From the NCBI GenBank assembly GCA_964459205.1, contig CAYWKJ010000002.1:235-64234 (forward strand): a DNA stretch of 64,000 nucleotides. The letters run 5' to 3'. Numbering within the stretch: position 1 is the first letter of the stretch; each line of letters starts with the position of its first letter. The DNA comes from an uncultured Candidatus Peribacteria bacterium (GTDB taxonomy: Bacteria > Patescibacteriota > Gracilibacteria > UBA1369 > UBA12473). The position numbers and the translations under genes were made by a program. Below the pieces are notes generated by a model. That model ran no database searches. It was not told the origin of the DNA and saw only the letters and a program-made list of their open reading frames with translations. This document shows positions 18,832-27,688 of this stretch, piece by piece.

Positions 18832-19413
18832 ATGAAATTTTGCGAACTCTTACAAACCGCAAGACTAAGCTCTCCAGACTATTACCACCATCAAAACCTT
18901 AGTCGTCCCCGGCATATGCCTCCAGTGGACACCAGCCAATTAAGTATACCTCCCATGATCGGGACAGAGCGAACTCAACTCAGAACTCCAGTTGAAGGAG
19001 AACAGTGGAACATACTACAAGTACAAGGAAGAAAAGGGAGAATTGGCTATAGAATGTCCACTGGCATACATTGGCCCTCTCTTCTTGCCCGCCGCTTAAA
19101 ACAATACGCTGAACACCATGATGCCGAAGTACGTCACTTAACCTGCACACCTTTTAATCAAGTCTCAAACGTAACTGAAGCTCGTGCCCTCGAGAGTGTA
19201 AAAAAAGATACGCGCAAGTCATCGCCGCTCTTCGCATGCGTTTTTCAAAAGAACTGGGGCTATTTATTGCCGATATTTAAAGAAACTCATCGCCCCAATC
19301 CTCTAAGAAACTCTCCAACACTTCCTCCGTATAAACATCTACCTCTTCCCAATCCAGGACTAATATTCGGAAAATTTCTTCAGAAACTTCGGCCCGAGTG
19401 CGACCATCATTAG
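18832..19413 (+). CDS. Orphan basic ORF of doubtful status (alternative in-frame ATG at 18955 preceded by CCTCC)
   Basis: This is the only long open frame in the 450-nt gap after the tRNA. Its composition is atypical (R/H/P/T-rich) and I recognise no motif. The last 137 nt run antisense through the 3' end of the convergent SLH gene. Confidence 0.3.
   Translation: MKFCELLQTARLSSPDYYHHQNLSRPRHMPPVDTSQLSIPPMIGTERTQLRTPVEGEQWNILQVQGRKGRIGYRMSTGIHWPSLLARRLKQYAEHHDAEVRHLTCTPFNQVSNVTEARALESVKKDTRKSSPLFACVFQKNWGYLLPIFKETHRPNPLRNSPTLPPYKHLPLPNPGLIFGKFLQKLRPECDHH
18915..19068 (+). repeat. Imperfect long-range inverted repeat (about 26 bp of helix in four segments) enclosing ~80 nt; candidate structured RNA or regulatory hairpin
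   Basis: Pairings read directly: TATG 18915-18918 with CATA 19065-19068; CCAGTGGAC 18922-18930 with GTCCACTGG 19056-19064; AGCCAATT 18934-18941 with AATTGGCT 19041-19048; CTCCC 18950-18954 with GGGAG 19036-19040. Confidence 0.4.
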
Positions 19414-21619
19414 GGTTAAAACTACCCTCTGTCTCTTCCAATAAGCCCATTTCATAAGCAGTTGCTAAGTATGGTGCGTACCAAGCACTAGAATAAACAT
19501 CATCATACGGTAAATCATTTAAATTAGCCCAGTCTGGCACTTCTATCCCATAAGACTCCATAATCATCTTTAAAGCCTCTACTTTGCTAACCGTATTAGC
19601 TGGATAAAAATTGCCATCGTTATAGCCCTGCACCCAACCTTGCTCATAGGCATAACAAACATATGGCGCAAACCATTCATCAGTTACATCTGGAAAACAA
19701 TCGCTATACTCATCCTCAGGTGGAGTTTCACTTAACCAACCATAAACCATAACTTTAATTAATTCAGCTCTATTAATCTCTTTATCTGGTTTAAAAGTTC
19801 CATCTTCATACCCCTCTAACACACCTAAATAAGTTAAAAACTTAATGGCTTCATAATTTTTATGATTTGGATATACATCAGAAAAATTCACTCCAGCAAT
19901 ATCAGCTTGGACTTCATTACTGTAGTAAGCACTTTCATTATAATCCTCATCGTAAGCAGTCACGACAAAATAAAAGGTGTCTTCCCACAAATCAGTTACT
20001 GTCGCGTGCGTAATATGCGCTCCATCAATAACATTGCTTAAATAATAATCCCCACTCTCCATTCCATAGTAAACATAGTAACCAGCTGCGCCATCAACCC
20101 GAGTCCAGTTAAGGGTCACATAATCCTCTCCAACCGAAGTCAGGTCAATTTCCGTAACTGTTAAATCATCTAAAATGTCTTCTTCACTCCAACCAGAAAT
20201 ATTATCACCAGCCGCATCTCCTTCCTTATCATCGTCATCAGCTTCAACCTCTACTTCACTCTCTTCAGTAACACTCACTTCATAAGTGTCTCCTTCTAAG
20301 AAGTCTCCCAATTCAACCGAATAATAATAATTATATCCAATAGAAAAAGCCTCATCTTCAGTTTCAATGGCTGTTGGATCTTCGGAAAGTGGCATCACCA
20401 TGACCGTAATAACGGTATAATCCTCCTCTAATGGTAAAGTAATAGTCCCCTCCTCATCACCAGCCTCAATAGTAGACCAAATCGCATCATCAGTTAAATA
20501 ATCATACTCTGATTCTGGTAACACAATTAACCCTAAATCAATTTCTGCATCCTTAGAAACCGTTAATTGAAAATCACTATCTAAATCGTCGGCATCTAAA
20601 TAAAACTGCAAATAATTAGCTCCAAACAAGGCCGGAAGCACAAAACTACTCACAGAATCGTTTTCCACAGGATATTCATCTTCCCAATAATAATTATGAA
20701 TTGCCACAAACGGATACTCCATACCCTCTTCATAAGGAGTCCAAATATAGTTCCAATACGCAAATGTCATATAAACATCCCTAATATCATCTCCTTGCTC
20801 ACTAATCACCTGATAATAAGCCTCATAGGCATCCCAAACATCTGGAACTTCCTCATAAAAATAAGCGTTCACCACGTCTTTAATTAACGTCCAATCATCA
20901 TAATACTCACTCAAAAATATTGGCCAAATAGCAGCGCCATACTCAAACAAACTCCCCTCGGGAATCACGCCTGTAAGAACTGAATAGTCTGTGTTTTCAA
21001 AATAATGATAAAGGTAATCATAATAATCATTTACCTCATCATAAACATATTCCTCAGACCAAGTAGCAGTTTGTTCGGCAAAGTTAATATCCTGATCATA
21101 TCCAGCAAAATATCCCTGATAGCCAAACTGAATCACATGAAACAATTCGTGAGCCACTGTAACTTGCAATAACTCATCCGAAAGGGATGGATCCACCGCA
21201 ATATAAATTTCATCACTAGGAAGAATTCCAGTCACTCCAAGTGTGCCCCGGCTAATATAAAAATTTCGATCATCTAAGATTAAATACACTATGTCCTGAT
21301 CATCCAAAGGTGTTGGCATGCCCAATTCATCTATTTCTGCTTCCCAACTGAACTCAGCGTATTCAGCAATCTTTTCAACTAAATCTGGCACTCCATCAGC
21401 ATCATCATCAGTACCATTGTAAACTGCTGGACTAAACTCAATCATAAAATGTTCCGTACTAATAGAATGGAGTTTATGACTACCAGAGGTAACATCTGTC
21501 TCAAAATTAACAGCCGACGCCACTGTTGGCATTAACAAGAGGCCTAGCAAGCCAAAAGCCCCCAAAAAGGGGGCTATAAATTTAAATATAAATGATCTGG
21601 AAGTGGGAGGAAACTTCAT
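19277..21619 (-). CDS. Secreted SLH-domain protein with HExxH zinc-metalloprotease motif and a fibronectin type III domain
   Basis: Signal peptide (FLGAFGLLGLLLMPTVASA), VAHELFHVIQ (HExxH at 21137-21151) and an FN3-like segment (VTLNWTRVDGAAGYYVYYG...FYFVVTAYD). The C-terminus has three SLH repeats (FSDVYPNH...GVLEGYEDGTFKPD, FPDVTDEW...VQGYNDGNFYP, ...FNPNDGRTRAEV). Confidence 0.85.
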   Translation of the reverse strand: MKFPPTSRSFIFKFIAPFLGAFGLLGLLLMPTVASAVNFETDVTSGSHKLHSISTEHFMIEFSPAVYNGTDDDADGVPDLVEKIAEYAEFSWEAEIDELGMPTPLDDQDIVYLILDDRNFYISRGTLGVTGILPSDEIYIAVDPSLSDELLQVTVAHELFHVIQFGYQGYFAGYDQDINFAEQTATWSEEYVYDEVNDYYDYLYHYFENTDYSVLTGVIPEGSLFEYGAAIWPIFLSEYYDDWTLIKDVVNAYFYEEVPDVWDAYEAYYQVISEQGDDIRDVYMTFAYWNYIWTPYEEGMEYPFVAIHNYYWEDEYPVENDSVSSFVLPALFGANYLQFYLDADDLDSDFQLTVSKDAEIDLGLIVLPESEYDYLTDDAIWSTIEAGDEEGTITLPLEEDYTVITVMVMPLSEDPTAIETEDEAFSIGYNYYYSVELGDFLEGDTYEVSVTEESEVEVEADDDDKEGDAAGDNISGWSEEDILDDLTVTEIDLTSVGEDYVTLNWTRVDGAAGYYVYYGMESGDYYLSNVIDGAHITHATVTDLWEDTFYFVVTAYDEDYNESAYYSNEVQADIAGVNFSDVYPNHKNYEAIKFLTYLGVLEGYEDGTFKPDKEINRAELIKVMVYGWLSETPPEDEYSDCFPDVTDEWFAPYVCYAYEQGWVQGYNDGNFYPANTVSKVEALKMIMESYGIEVPDWANLNDLPYDDVYSSAWYAPYLATAYEMGLLEETEGSFNPNDGRTRAEVSEEIFRILVLDWEEVDVYTEEVLESFLEDWGDEFL

Positions 21620-21649
21620 AATATAAACCGTTATGAGATAAGAAGGGGT

Positions 21650-24600
21650 TTAAACCGCCTCCTCCACTTGTGAGAAGACTGAATTAAACATCGTAATGAT
21701 CTTAAACATTTCAGCTCTATTGACCGTGTTAAACGGATCAAAGGTGCCATCTGGGTATCCAGAGACAATGCCAAGCTCATACGCTGTTTGGATCATATCA
21801 GAAGTCTCATCATAAATGCCAGACCCATCTCCAATATCAGGGAAGCTAAAGGTGTCATAATCAGTGTATTCAGCTCCTAAAATCTCAAAACCAAGTTGAA
21901 CAACTTCCCAACGAAGTGCTGAACTAGTACCAGTATCAAAATCTTCATTAATAACGTCTGAAAGAAGGGTCAAATCCATTCCAGAATCGTAAATGCATTG
22001 GACATAACCGCTAGCCCAGTGATCTTCCATCCAATCCACTTCACTAGATAAATCCACGCTATCAGGATCACAAGAAGTCTCACCTAAGCCCATTTCCAAA
22101 GTAAATGCTAACTCAGACATAATTTTAATAAGTTGGAAGCGTGTAAGTTGATTAGCTGGCCCCATGTATCCGGTTAAGTTACCGAAAGAATCTTTGTATC
22201 CAGCAAAGAAAGCATGGGCAATCGCCATGTCCATATACTTGGTGTACCAAGCATCATAATCTACGTCTTGCATATAACCGGCCGCCGCATCAGCTGCCAC
22301 TAATTGAGTTTCGAGCTTAACTTGTGCCACATCAAAAATCTCTGCAATAGCTTCATTAAGTTCTTCACCAGTTAAATCACCATCATCATAAGAATTTAAC
22401 TGAGCACGCAAGCTAGCAGTCAAAATAGTTATATCCTTATGCATATGAGGAAGAACTGTATCGTCGTCCTCTCCCGGAATCAATTCTAATAATTCCGATA
22501 GTACTTCATTCATTTCATCTTCTAAGTCATCATCCAATTCCTCAGTATCAATTAAATCCGAAATCACCGCGGCAAAACGAGTAATTTGGCTTTCCCAAGA
22601 AAATAGGTCTTCAAAAATATCCTCGGCCCGATCAACAAGATCACTACGATTTGCTAATAAGTTAGCAATTTCGATCTTATTCCCACTATCATCATCAAGG
22701 TCAAATATGCCAAGCTCAACATCCTCAGTGAATTTTTGTTCAAAAACTGTATCACCATCATCAGTTTCAACCGTAAGCGTCACATAACGCTCTACTTTTG
22801 AATCCACCATGCTAAACAATGCTAGCAAACCATCTTGATGCCCAAAAATACCAGAATCCAACACTAAACTAGTCATATCACCATTGCGATCCAAGTTATC
22901 ATAGCCAGTGTAGTCAAAGTGATTCTCAAGCATTACTGGCATGTAAGCTGGGATTACAGATCCATCACTTACTTCCATGGTCACAGTATAAAGATGCTCT
23001 TCACCAGCCGGAGATCCTTCACCATCTAAATTCCCAATTCGCACGTGAATTAAGGCTTTTTCATGAAATTTATTAATCCAATCTTCTTGAGTAACCAAAT
23101 TAAAGCTCACCATATAACCATCACTGTATTCGTATACATATTCACCATCTTCCACTAGTTCGTTCAAGAAAACCTCGATACTAGTATTTTGGTAATTAGA
23201 TTGAAAATCAATAAAAGGCTCATAATCTGAATCATCTGGATCTAAATCAGCTTTCATCTTAAACAAAATCCCATCCTTACCAGAATGAATATCTGAAATA
23301 AAACTGGTCATAGTCGGATTGTTAATCTCAACCTCCAACCAATCTTCACCAGATTCAAACTCAATTGTTTGCATTGGACGACCAATTACCGCTCCTTCAA
23401 AATTCACGGTACCATCCCATTCCGTAACATCCATAGAATCATCAGGGTCTGTATATCCCCAGTTAACACTCATATATAGAACATCTGGGTAATCTGAGTT
23501 TGTCCATAGCTCAGCAAAATCAGAAAATACTTCTTCGTCATCAACATCTTCAGTTTGGTCTTCATCATCAACCTCATCCACCACGTATTCGTAAACAATT
23601 TCCATCACAAGATTTTCAACCGTCATACAGTTATTATCTTCATCAGATTCTTCCACATCATCACCAGCATCCACACAAGCCTTAACATCATAACTCTCAT
23701 CTTCGTCTAAAATTAGTGGTTGAATAATTGAAACACCATCAGCCTCTAAGAAAGAGCGATCAGATAATGTTGAAGAATTATAGGTGTAAGCAGGATTATC
23801 AAGGTCATCAACATAAATATAAACTCCCACATCAGTATCAGAATCTACAGAGCCCTCATTTCCAACTTGTATACTTAAACGATTGCTCTCGTCCGTATAA
23901 ATATCTTGAAGAACAAAATCAACATAATCATCATCCTGTGGCTCTGGGTCAGTATCATCTACTGGGTCATCTTCCTCCTCGAAATGAAAAGCAACCTCCA
24001 TACAATTATTATCCTCATCAGATTCTTCAACCGACTCTAGGTAATCTACGCACGCTTCAATTACTTGATACTCGGTAACTGTAAACGGCTGCAAAAGAGA
24101 TGTCCCTCCAACCTCTACAAAACTCTGATCAGACAAAGTTTTCCAAGAATAAGTTTTATCAAGTTCACCATCAACCCAGATATAAGTCACTCCTCCGGTA
24201 GTAATTTCCGCCGGAGCATCACCTTCATTGCCAACCTGGATAGTAAGAGTATCCCCATCCAAATAGATGTCTTGCAAAACTAAATCAGGTAATCCAGCCT
24301 CAAAAGTAACTTCTAGACAATTATTATCTTCATCAGATTCTTCAACCACATCCTTAGCGTCTACACAAGCTTCCACCGTGTGGTCTCCAGTTAACATGCC
24401 TGGAGAAATAGTAGCTGTTCCATCAACCTGCAAAAAGCTCTTATCAGAAAGAGTTTCCCAAGAATAAGTGTATTGAAGTTCATCATCAATATAAATATAG
24501 GTGTGACCGGCAGTCGTAGACTCAACATCGACATCGCCAGTATTCCCAACAACAACATCTAAATAAGAATCTTCATCCAAAGAAACCTCTAAAACTTCTA

Positions 24601-25354
24601 AATCTGGTAAATCTGATTCAAAGCTAACTTCCAGACAGTTATCATCTTCGTCAGATTCTTCAACAATTCCAGAATAATCAACACAGGCTTTAACATCATG
24701 ATTACCTTCTAATACCTCAGGTGTAAGCACTGAAGATTCACCAACCTGTAAAAAATCTCGATCACTCAAGGTTGTCCAGGCATACTTCCAAGCCGCACTA
24801 TCCATATCATCAATCCAAATATAGGTAGTACCAGCAGTGGTTGATTCAACATCAACCTCACCCTCGTTCCCAACTTCAATAGTCAGTTTATCGTCATCAT
24901 CTAAAGTAATGCTCTGTAGCACTAAATTTGGTAAACCAGTGTCAAGCTCTTCGGTTACACAATTATTATCTTCATCCGTTTCATCCACAACATCAGTACT
25001 GTCCACACAAGCCATAACTGTATGCGCTCCCTCGAGAAGTTCGGGGCGTAAAACCGTGAAACCATCAACCTCTAGAAAACTAACGTCATCTAAAGTGGAC
25101 CAAGAATAAGACCAGGCCGCATCATTCATATCATCAATATAAATCGATGTAACACCAGCCGTATCAGTTGGGATATCTGAATCTCCAACATTACTCATAT
25201 AAACACTTAAATAGCCGCTATCATCAATATAAACAGCCGTCATCTCCAAATCATAAGTAGAATCCGTAGAAGCTACTGCAAAAGCCAAGCTCGGCAGTAA
25301 CGAGCAAAAGAGCGTTGTAATAGTAAGAACGCTAATAAGTTTTTTGAAAACCAT
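21650..25354 (-). CDS. Secreted SLH-domain surface protein with five tandem CARDB-like domains
   Basis: I prefer the start at ATG 25354 (MVFKKLISVLTITTLFCSLLPSLAFA signal peptide) over the upstream ATG at 25432. Five ~105-aa units begin LPDL/LPNL and end ESDEDNNC. A long acidic middle region follows, then C-terminal SLH repeats (FPDIGDGS...GIVSGYPDGTFDPFNTVNRAEM). Confidence 0.85.
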   Translation of the reverse strand: MVFKKLISVLTITTLFCSLLPSLAFAVASTDSTYDLEMTAVYIDDSGYLSVYMSNVGDSDIPTDTAGVTSIYIDDMNDAAWSYSWSTLDDVSFLEVDGFTVLRPELLEGAHTVMACVDSTDVVDETDEDNNCVTEELDTGLPNLVLQSITLDDDDKLTIEVGNEGEVDVESTTAGTTYIWIDDMDSAAWKYAWTTLSDRDFLQVGESSVLTPEVLEGNHDVKACVDYSGIVEESDEDDNCLEVSFESDLPDLEVLEVSLDEDSYLDVVVGNTGDVDVESTTAGHTYIYIDDELQYTYSWETLSDKSFLQVDGTATISPGMLTGDHTVEACVDAKDVVEESDEDNNCLEVTFEAGLPDLVLQDIYLDGDTLTIQVGNEGDAPAEITTGGVTYIWVDGELDKTYSWKTLSDQSFVEVGGTSLLQPFTVTEYQVIEACVDYLESVEESDEDNNCMEVAFHFEEEDDPVDDTDPEPQDDDYVDFVLQDIYTDESNRLSIQVGNEGSVDSDTDVGVYIYVDDLDNPAYTYNSSTLSDRSFLEADGVSIIQPLILDEDESYDVKACVDAGDDVEESDEDNNCMTVENLVMEIVYEYVVDEVDDEDQTEDVDDEEVFSDFAELWTNSDYPDVLYMSVNWGYTDPDDSMDVTEWDGTVNFEGAVIGRPMQTIEFESGEDWLEVEINNPTMTSFISDIHSGKDGILFKMKADLDPDDSDYEPFIDFQSNYQNTSIEVFLNELVEDGEYVYEYSDGYMVSFNLVTQEDWINKFHEKALIHVRIGNLDGEGSPAGEEHLYTVTMEVSDGSVIPAYMPVMLENHFDYTGYDNLDRNGDMTSLVLDSGIFGHQDGLLALFSMVDSKVERYVTLTVETDDGDTVFEQKFTEDVELGIFDLDDDSGNKIEIANLLANRSDLVDRAEDIFEDLFSWESQITRFAAVISDLIDTEELDDDLEDEMNEVLSELLELIPGEDDDTVLPHMHKDITILTASLRAQLNSYDDGDLTGEELNEAIAEIFDVAQVKLETQLVAADAAAGYMQDVDYDAWYTKYMDMAIAHAFFAGYKDSFGNLTGYMGPANQLTRFQLIKIMSELAFTLEMGLGETSCDPDSVDLSSEVDWMEDHWASGYVQCIYDSGMDLTLLSDVINEDFDTGTSSALRWEVVQLGFEILGAEYTDYDTFSFPDIGDGSGIYDETSDMIQTAYELGIVSGYPDGTFDPFNTVNRAEMFKIITMFNSVFSQVEEAV
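23611..25276 (-). repeat. Tandem array of five CARDB-like coding repeats (~315 nt period)
   Basis: Repeated protein pattern (V/L)GN.G..D...T..G.TYI.IDD......Y.W.TLSD.SFL.V.G......P..L.G.H.V.ACVD....V.ESDEDNNC. An acidic spacer separates units 4 and 5. Confidence 0.8.
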
Positions 25355-25489
25355 GATTATTGGGTTAAAGTTTATAAAGACCTCAAAGAAGAGGCTAACA
25401 TAGTTTGCACACCAGAAAAACGAGACTTGCATAAAAACATTACAAAGATAGATAATAGCCCCCTAGAAAAGACTTTACAAATCCACAAA

Positions 25490-27646
25490 ATGCTCGCGGA
25501 AATCCTACTACCAGTAAAACTCGGAAAAGAAAGTGGAAGCCTAACTTATAGACTACCAAAAAAGTTAGCGAATAAAGTGCGCGTGGGAAATGCCGTGCGA
25601 GTCCCCCTCCGAAACCAGATTAAAACAGGTCTAGTACGAGAACTACACGAACGGGAACTTAAATTTGAGCCCAAAGATGTGCTTTCTATTAAAGAAGGGA
25701 ATGAAATTTTGGCGCCGTGGCAGCTAGAACTCGCCGAATGGATGGCAGATTACTATTTTGCGCCTTTATATAAGGTATTGAAAATGATGCTGCCCAAAAA
25801 ACTATGGAAACCAAACTCGGGAATCCCGCACGAAAAGGCTTTTGTGAGAACTACGATGGAGGCGCCCAAAAAACTGGGATCCAAGCAACAGGCAGTCCTA
25901 GCACTATTTACAGAAGGACAGCAACTTTCTCGAAAAAAACTGGGTGAATTTTCGCTAGCCACACTGCGTAGCTTAGAAAAAAAGGGACTCATAAAAGAAA
26001 CCACCGGAGAAATAAAAGGAATTAATCTAAAAACCAAGAATAACAACGACAAAAAAACTCTTAGCAAAGAACAACAAACAGTTTTTGATGGTGTTTTAAA
26101 TAGTGATAAAAGGGTTTCATTACTACATGGAGTAACGGGATCTGGAAAAACCGAAGTTTATTTTCAATTAGTTCAAGAAATGATCAAGCAAGGGAAACAG
26201 GTTATTTTGATGGTTCCAGAAATTTCTTTAACGCCACAATTCATTGAATATTTTGCGCACGAATTTAAAGAAAAAATAGCGATTCTGCATAGTCGCCTTT
26301 CACTTGGCGAACGAGAACGAGAATGGTGGCGCATTCATGAAGGTGATGCTCAAGTTGTAATTGGGTCACGCTCTGCTATTTTTGCGCCGGTCAAAAACTT
26401 AGGACTCATTATAATCGATGAAGAACATGAATGGAGCTACAAACAGGATCAAACTCCTTATTATCACGCTCGAAAAGTTGCTCTCAAGATTTCAGCGCTA
26501 ACTGATGCGCGAGTGGTCCTGGGCAGTGCCACACCAGATATAGAAACCCGCTATGCCGCGGAAAATAAAAAAATCAATCTATTCACCCTAAACGAACGAA
26601 TTTTGCCAGGAAGCTCTATGCCAGAGGTTGAAGTAATAGATATGCGCGAAGAGTTACACAAAAAAAACTTCAGTATCTTTAGCGATCGTTTATATATCAA
26701 ACTGCAAGAAACACTCGCCAAAAAAGAGCAGGCTATTTTATTTTTGAATCGCCGTGGTCATTCCTCATCAATTTTGTGCCGAGATTGTGGATATACAGCG
26801 GAGTGCAAAAGCTGTGATGTTAGTTTGACGCACCACAAATCACGCGCTGGAAATGAATGGTTAACCTGTCATCACTGTTCTGCTAACCAAAGTCTTCCGA
26901 ATGCTTGTCCGGAATGTGGTGGTGTGGCCATTAAATCAATTGGGATTGGGACACAACAGGTTGAAGATGAACTAAGAAAGCGATTCCCAACCATGCGCAT
27001 TGCCCGCGCTGACAAAGACACAACTGGCCAAAAAGACAGTTTTGAAAAACTATACAAAGCCCTCAAAAATCACGAAATTGATGTACTAGTGGGGACGCAA
27101 ATGATTGGAAAAGGATTAGATTTACCAAATGTCACACTAGTTGGAGTTGTTTTGGCAGATATTGGCCTGCATATTCCGGACTTCCGCGCGGCGGAAAGAA
27201 ATTTTCAATTAATGATGCAAGTCGCGGGGCGCGCCGGGCGTGCGGATAAAAAAGGCTCAGCCATTATCCAAACGTATAATCCGGAGCATCCCAGCCTTGA
27301 GTGCGCCTCCACCCACAACTACCTTCCGTTTTTCAAAACAGAAATCTCGTCCCGGCGCGCCCTAAATTATCCCCCCTTTACCCGCACCATTAAGCTAACT
27401 TTCAAGTCTTTTGATCAAAAAACTTGTTCATCCGAAGCTAACGCTATAGCCGACGCTCTCAAAAAACACTCCCCTAGCTATAATGTTGATTGCGCCCCCG
27501 CTCTTATTTACAAAAGACACAACAAATACCGCTATCATGTTTACCTTCAAGGTCCAAATCCTCATCAAACTCTCAAATCCTTCCTAAATACACATTCCCT
27601 CAAAGAAGGCTGGGCTATAGACACGGATCCAGTGGTAATGAACTAA
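25490..27646 (+). CDS. priA: Primosomal protein N' (replication restart helicase PriA)
   Basis: Walker A GVTGSGKTEVY, IIDEEHE box, a Cys4-Cys4 zinc cluster (CRDCGY..CKSCD...CHHC...CPECG) and QVAGRAGR. ATG 25490 (MLAEILLPVKL) is preferred over the TTG at 25427. Confidence 0.92.
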   Translation: MLAEILLPVKLGKESGSLTYRLPKKLANKVRVGNAVRVPLRNQIKTGLVRELHERELKFEPKDVLSIKEGNEILAPWQLELAEWMADYYFAPLYKVLKMMLPKKLWKPNSGIPHEKAFVRTTMEAPKKLGSKQQAVLALFTEGQQLSRKKLGEFSLATLRSLEKKGLIKETTGEIKGINLKTKNNNDKKTLSKEQQTVFDGVLNSDKRVSLLHGVTGSGKTEVYFQLVQEMIKQGKQVILMVPEISLTPQFIEYFAHEFKEKIAILHSRLSLGEREREWWRIHEGDAQVVIGSRSAIFAPVKNLGLIIIDEEHEWSYKQDQTPYYHARKVALKISALTDARVVLGSATPDIETRYAAENKKINLFTLNERILPGSSMPEVEVIDMREELHKKNFSIFSDRLYIKLQETLAKKEQAILFLNRRGHSSSILCRDCGYTAECKSCDVSLTHHKSRAGNEWLTCHHCSANQSLPNACPECGGVAIKSIGIGTQQVEDELRKRFPTMRIARADKDTTGQKDSFEKLYKALKNHEIDVLVGTQMIGKGLDLPNVTLVGVVLADIGLHIPDFRAAERNFQLMMQVAGRAGRADKKGSAIIQTYNPEHPSLECASTHNYLPFFKTEISSRRALNYPPFTRTIKLTFKSFDQKTCSSEANAIADALKKHSPSYNVDCAPALIYKRHNKYRYHVYLQGPNPHQTLKSFLNTHSLKEGWAIDTDPVVMN

Positions 27647-27688
27647 CATTTTTGGTATTGTTCCAAAGACGAAATAACCTCCAAATCT

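Noticed and set aside
18830-19277. Possibility that the gap after the tRNA encodes RNase P RNA, tmRNA, SRP RNA or 6S RNA
   Set aside because: I read both strands and found none of the hallmarks: no GGAAAGUCC P4 strand, no tRNA-like 3' end with a tag ORF, and no GGAA-capped SRP helix 8 motif. Only the unexplained long-range helix remains, and it is reported as a finding.
18776-19413. Genomic island or integrated element at the tRNA-Arg 3' flank
   Set aside because: There is no integrase, transposase or visible direct repeat of the tRNA 3' end. The region is only ~0.5 kb before the next conserved-looking operon.
23500-25109. Several plus-strand ORFs (23500-23685, 23728-24078, 24065-24283, 24267-24467, 24837-25109)
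   Set aside because: They are antisense to the CARDB repeat gene. The repeat periodicity keeps mirror frames open, and the translations are low-complexity.
25355-25432. N-terminal extensions offered by the ORF track (25432 for the CARDB gene; also 8163 pyk, 9583 ruvC, 25427 priA, 34633 rpoD, 55016 holA)
   Set aside because: The extensions start at TTG or GTG (25432 and 34633 are ATG), or add residues before a clear signal peptide or family-typical N-terminus. The rpoD extension would overlap dnaG. In each case the internal ATG gives the canonical N-terminus.
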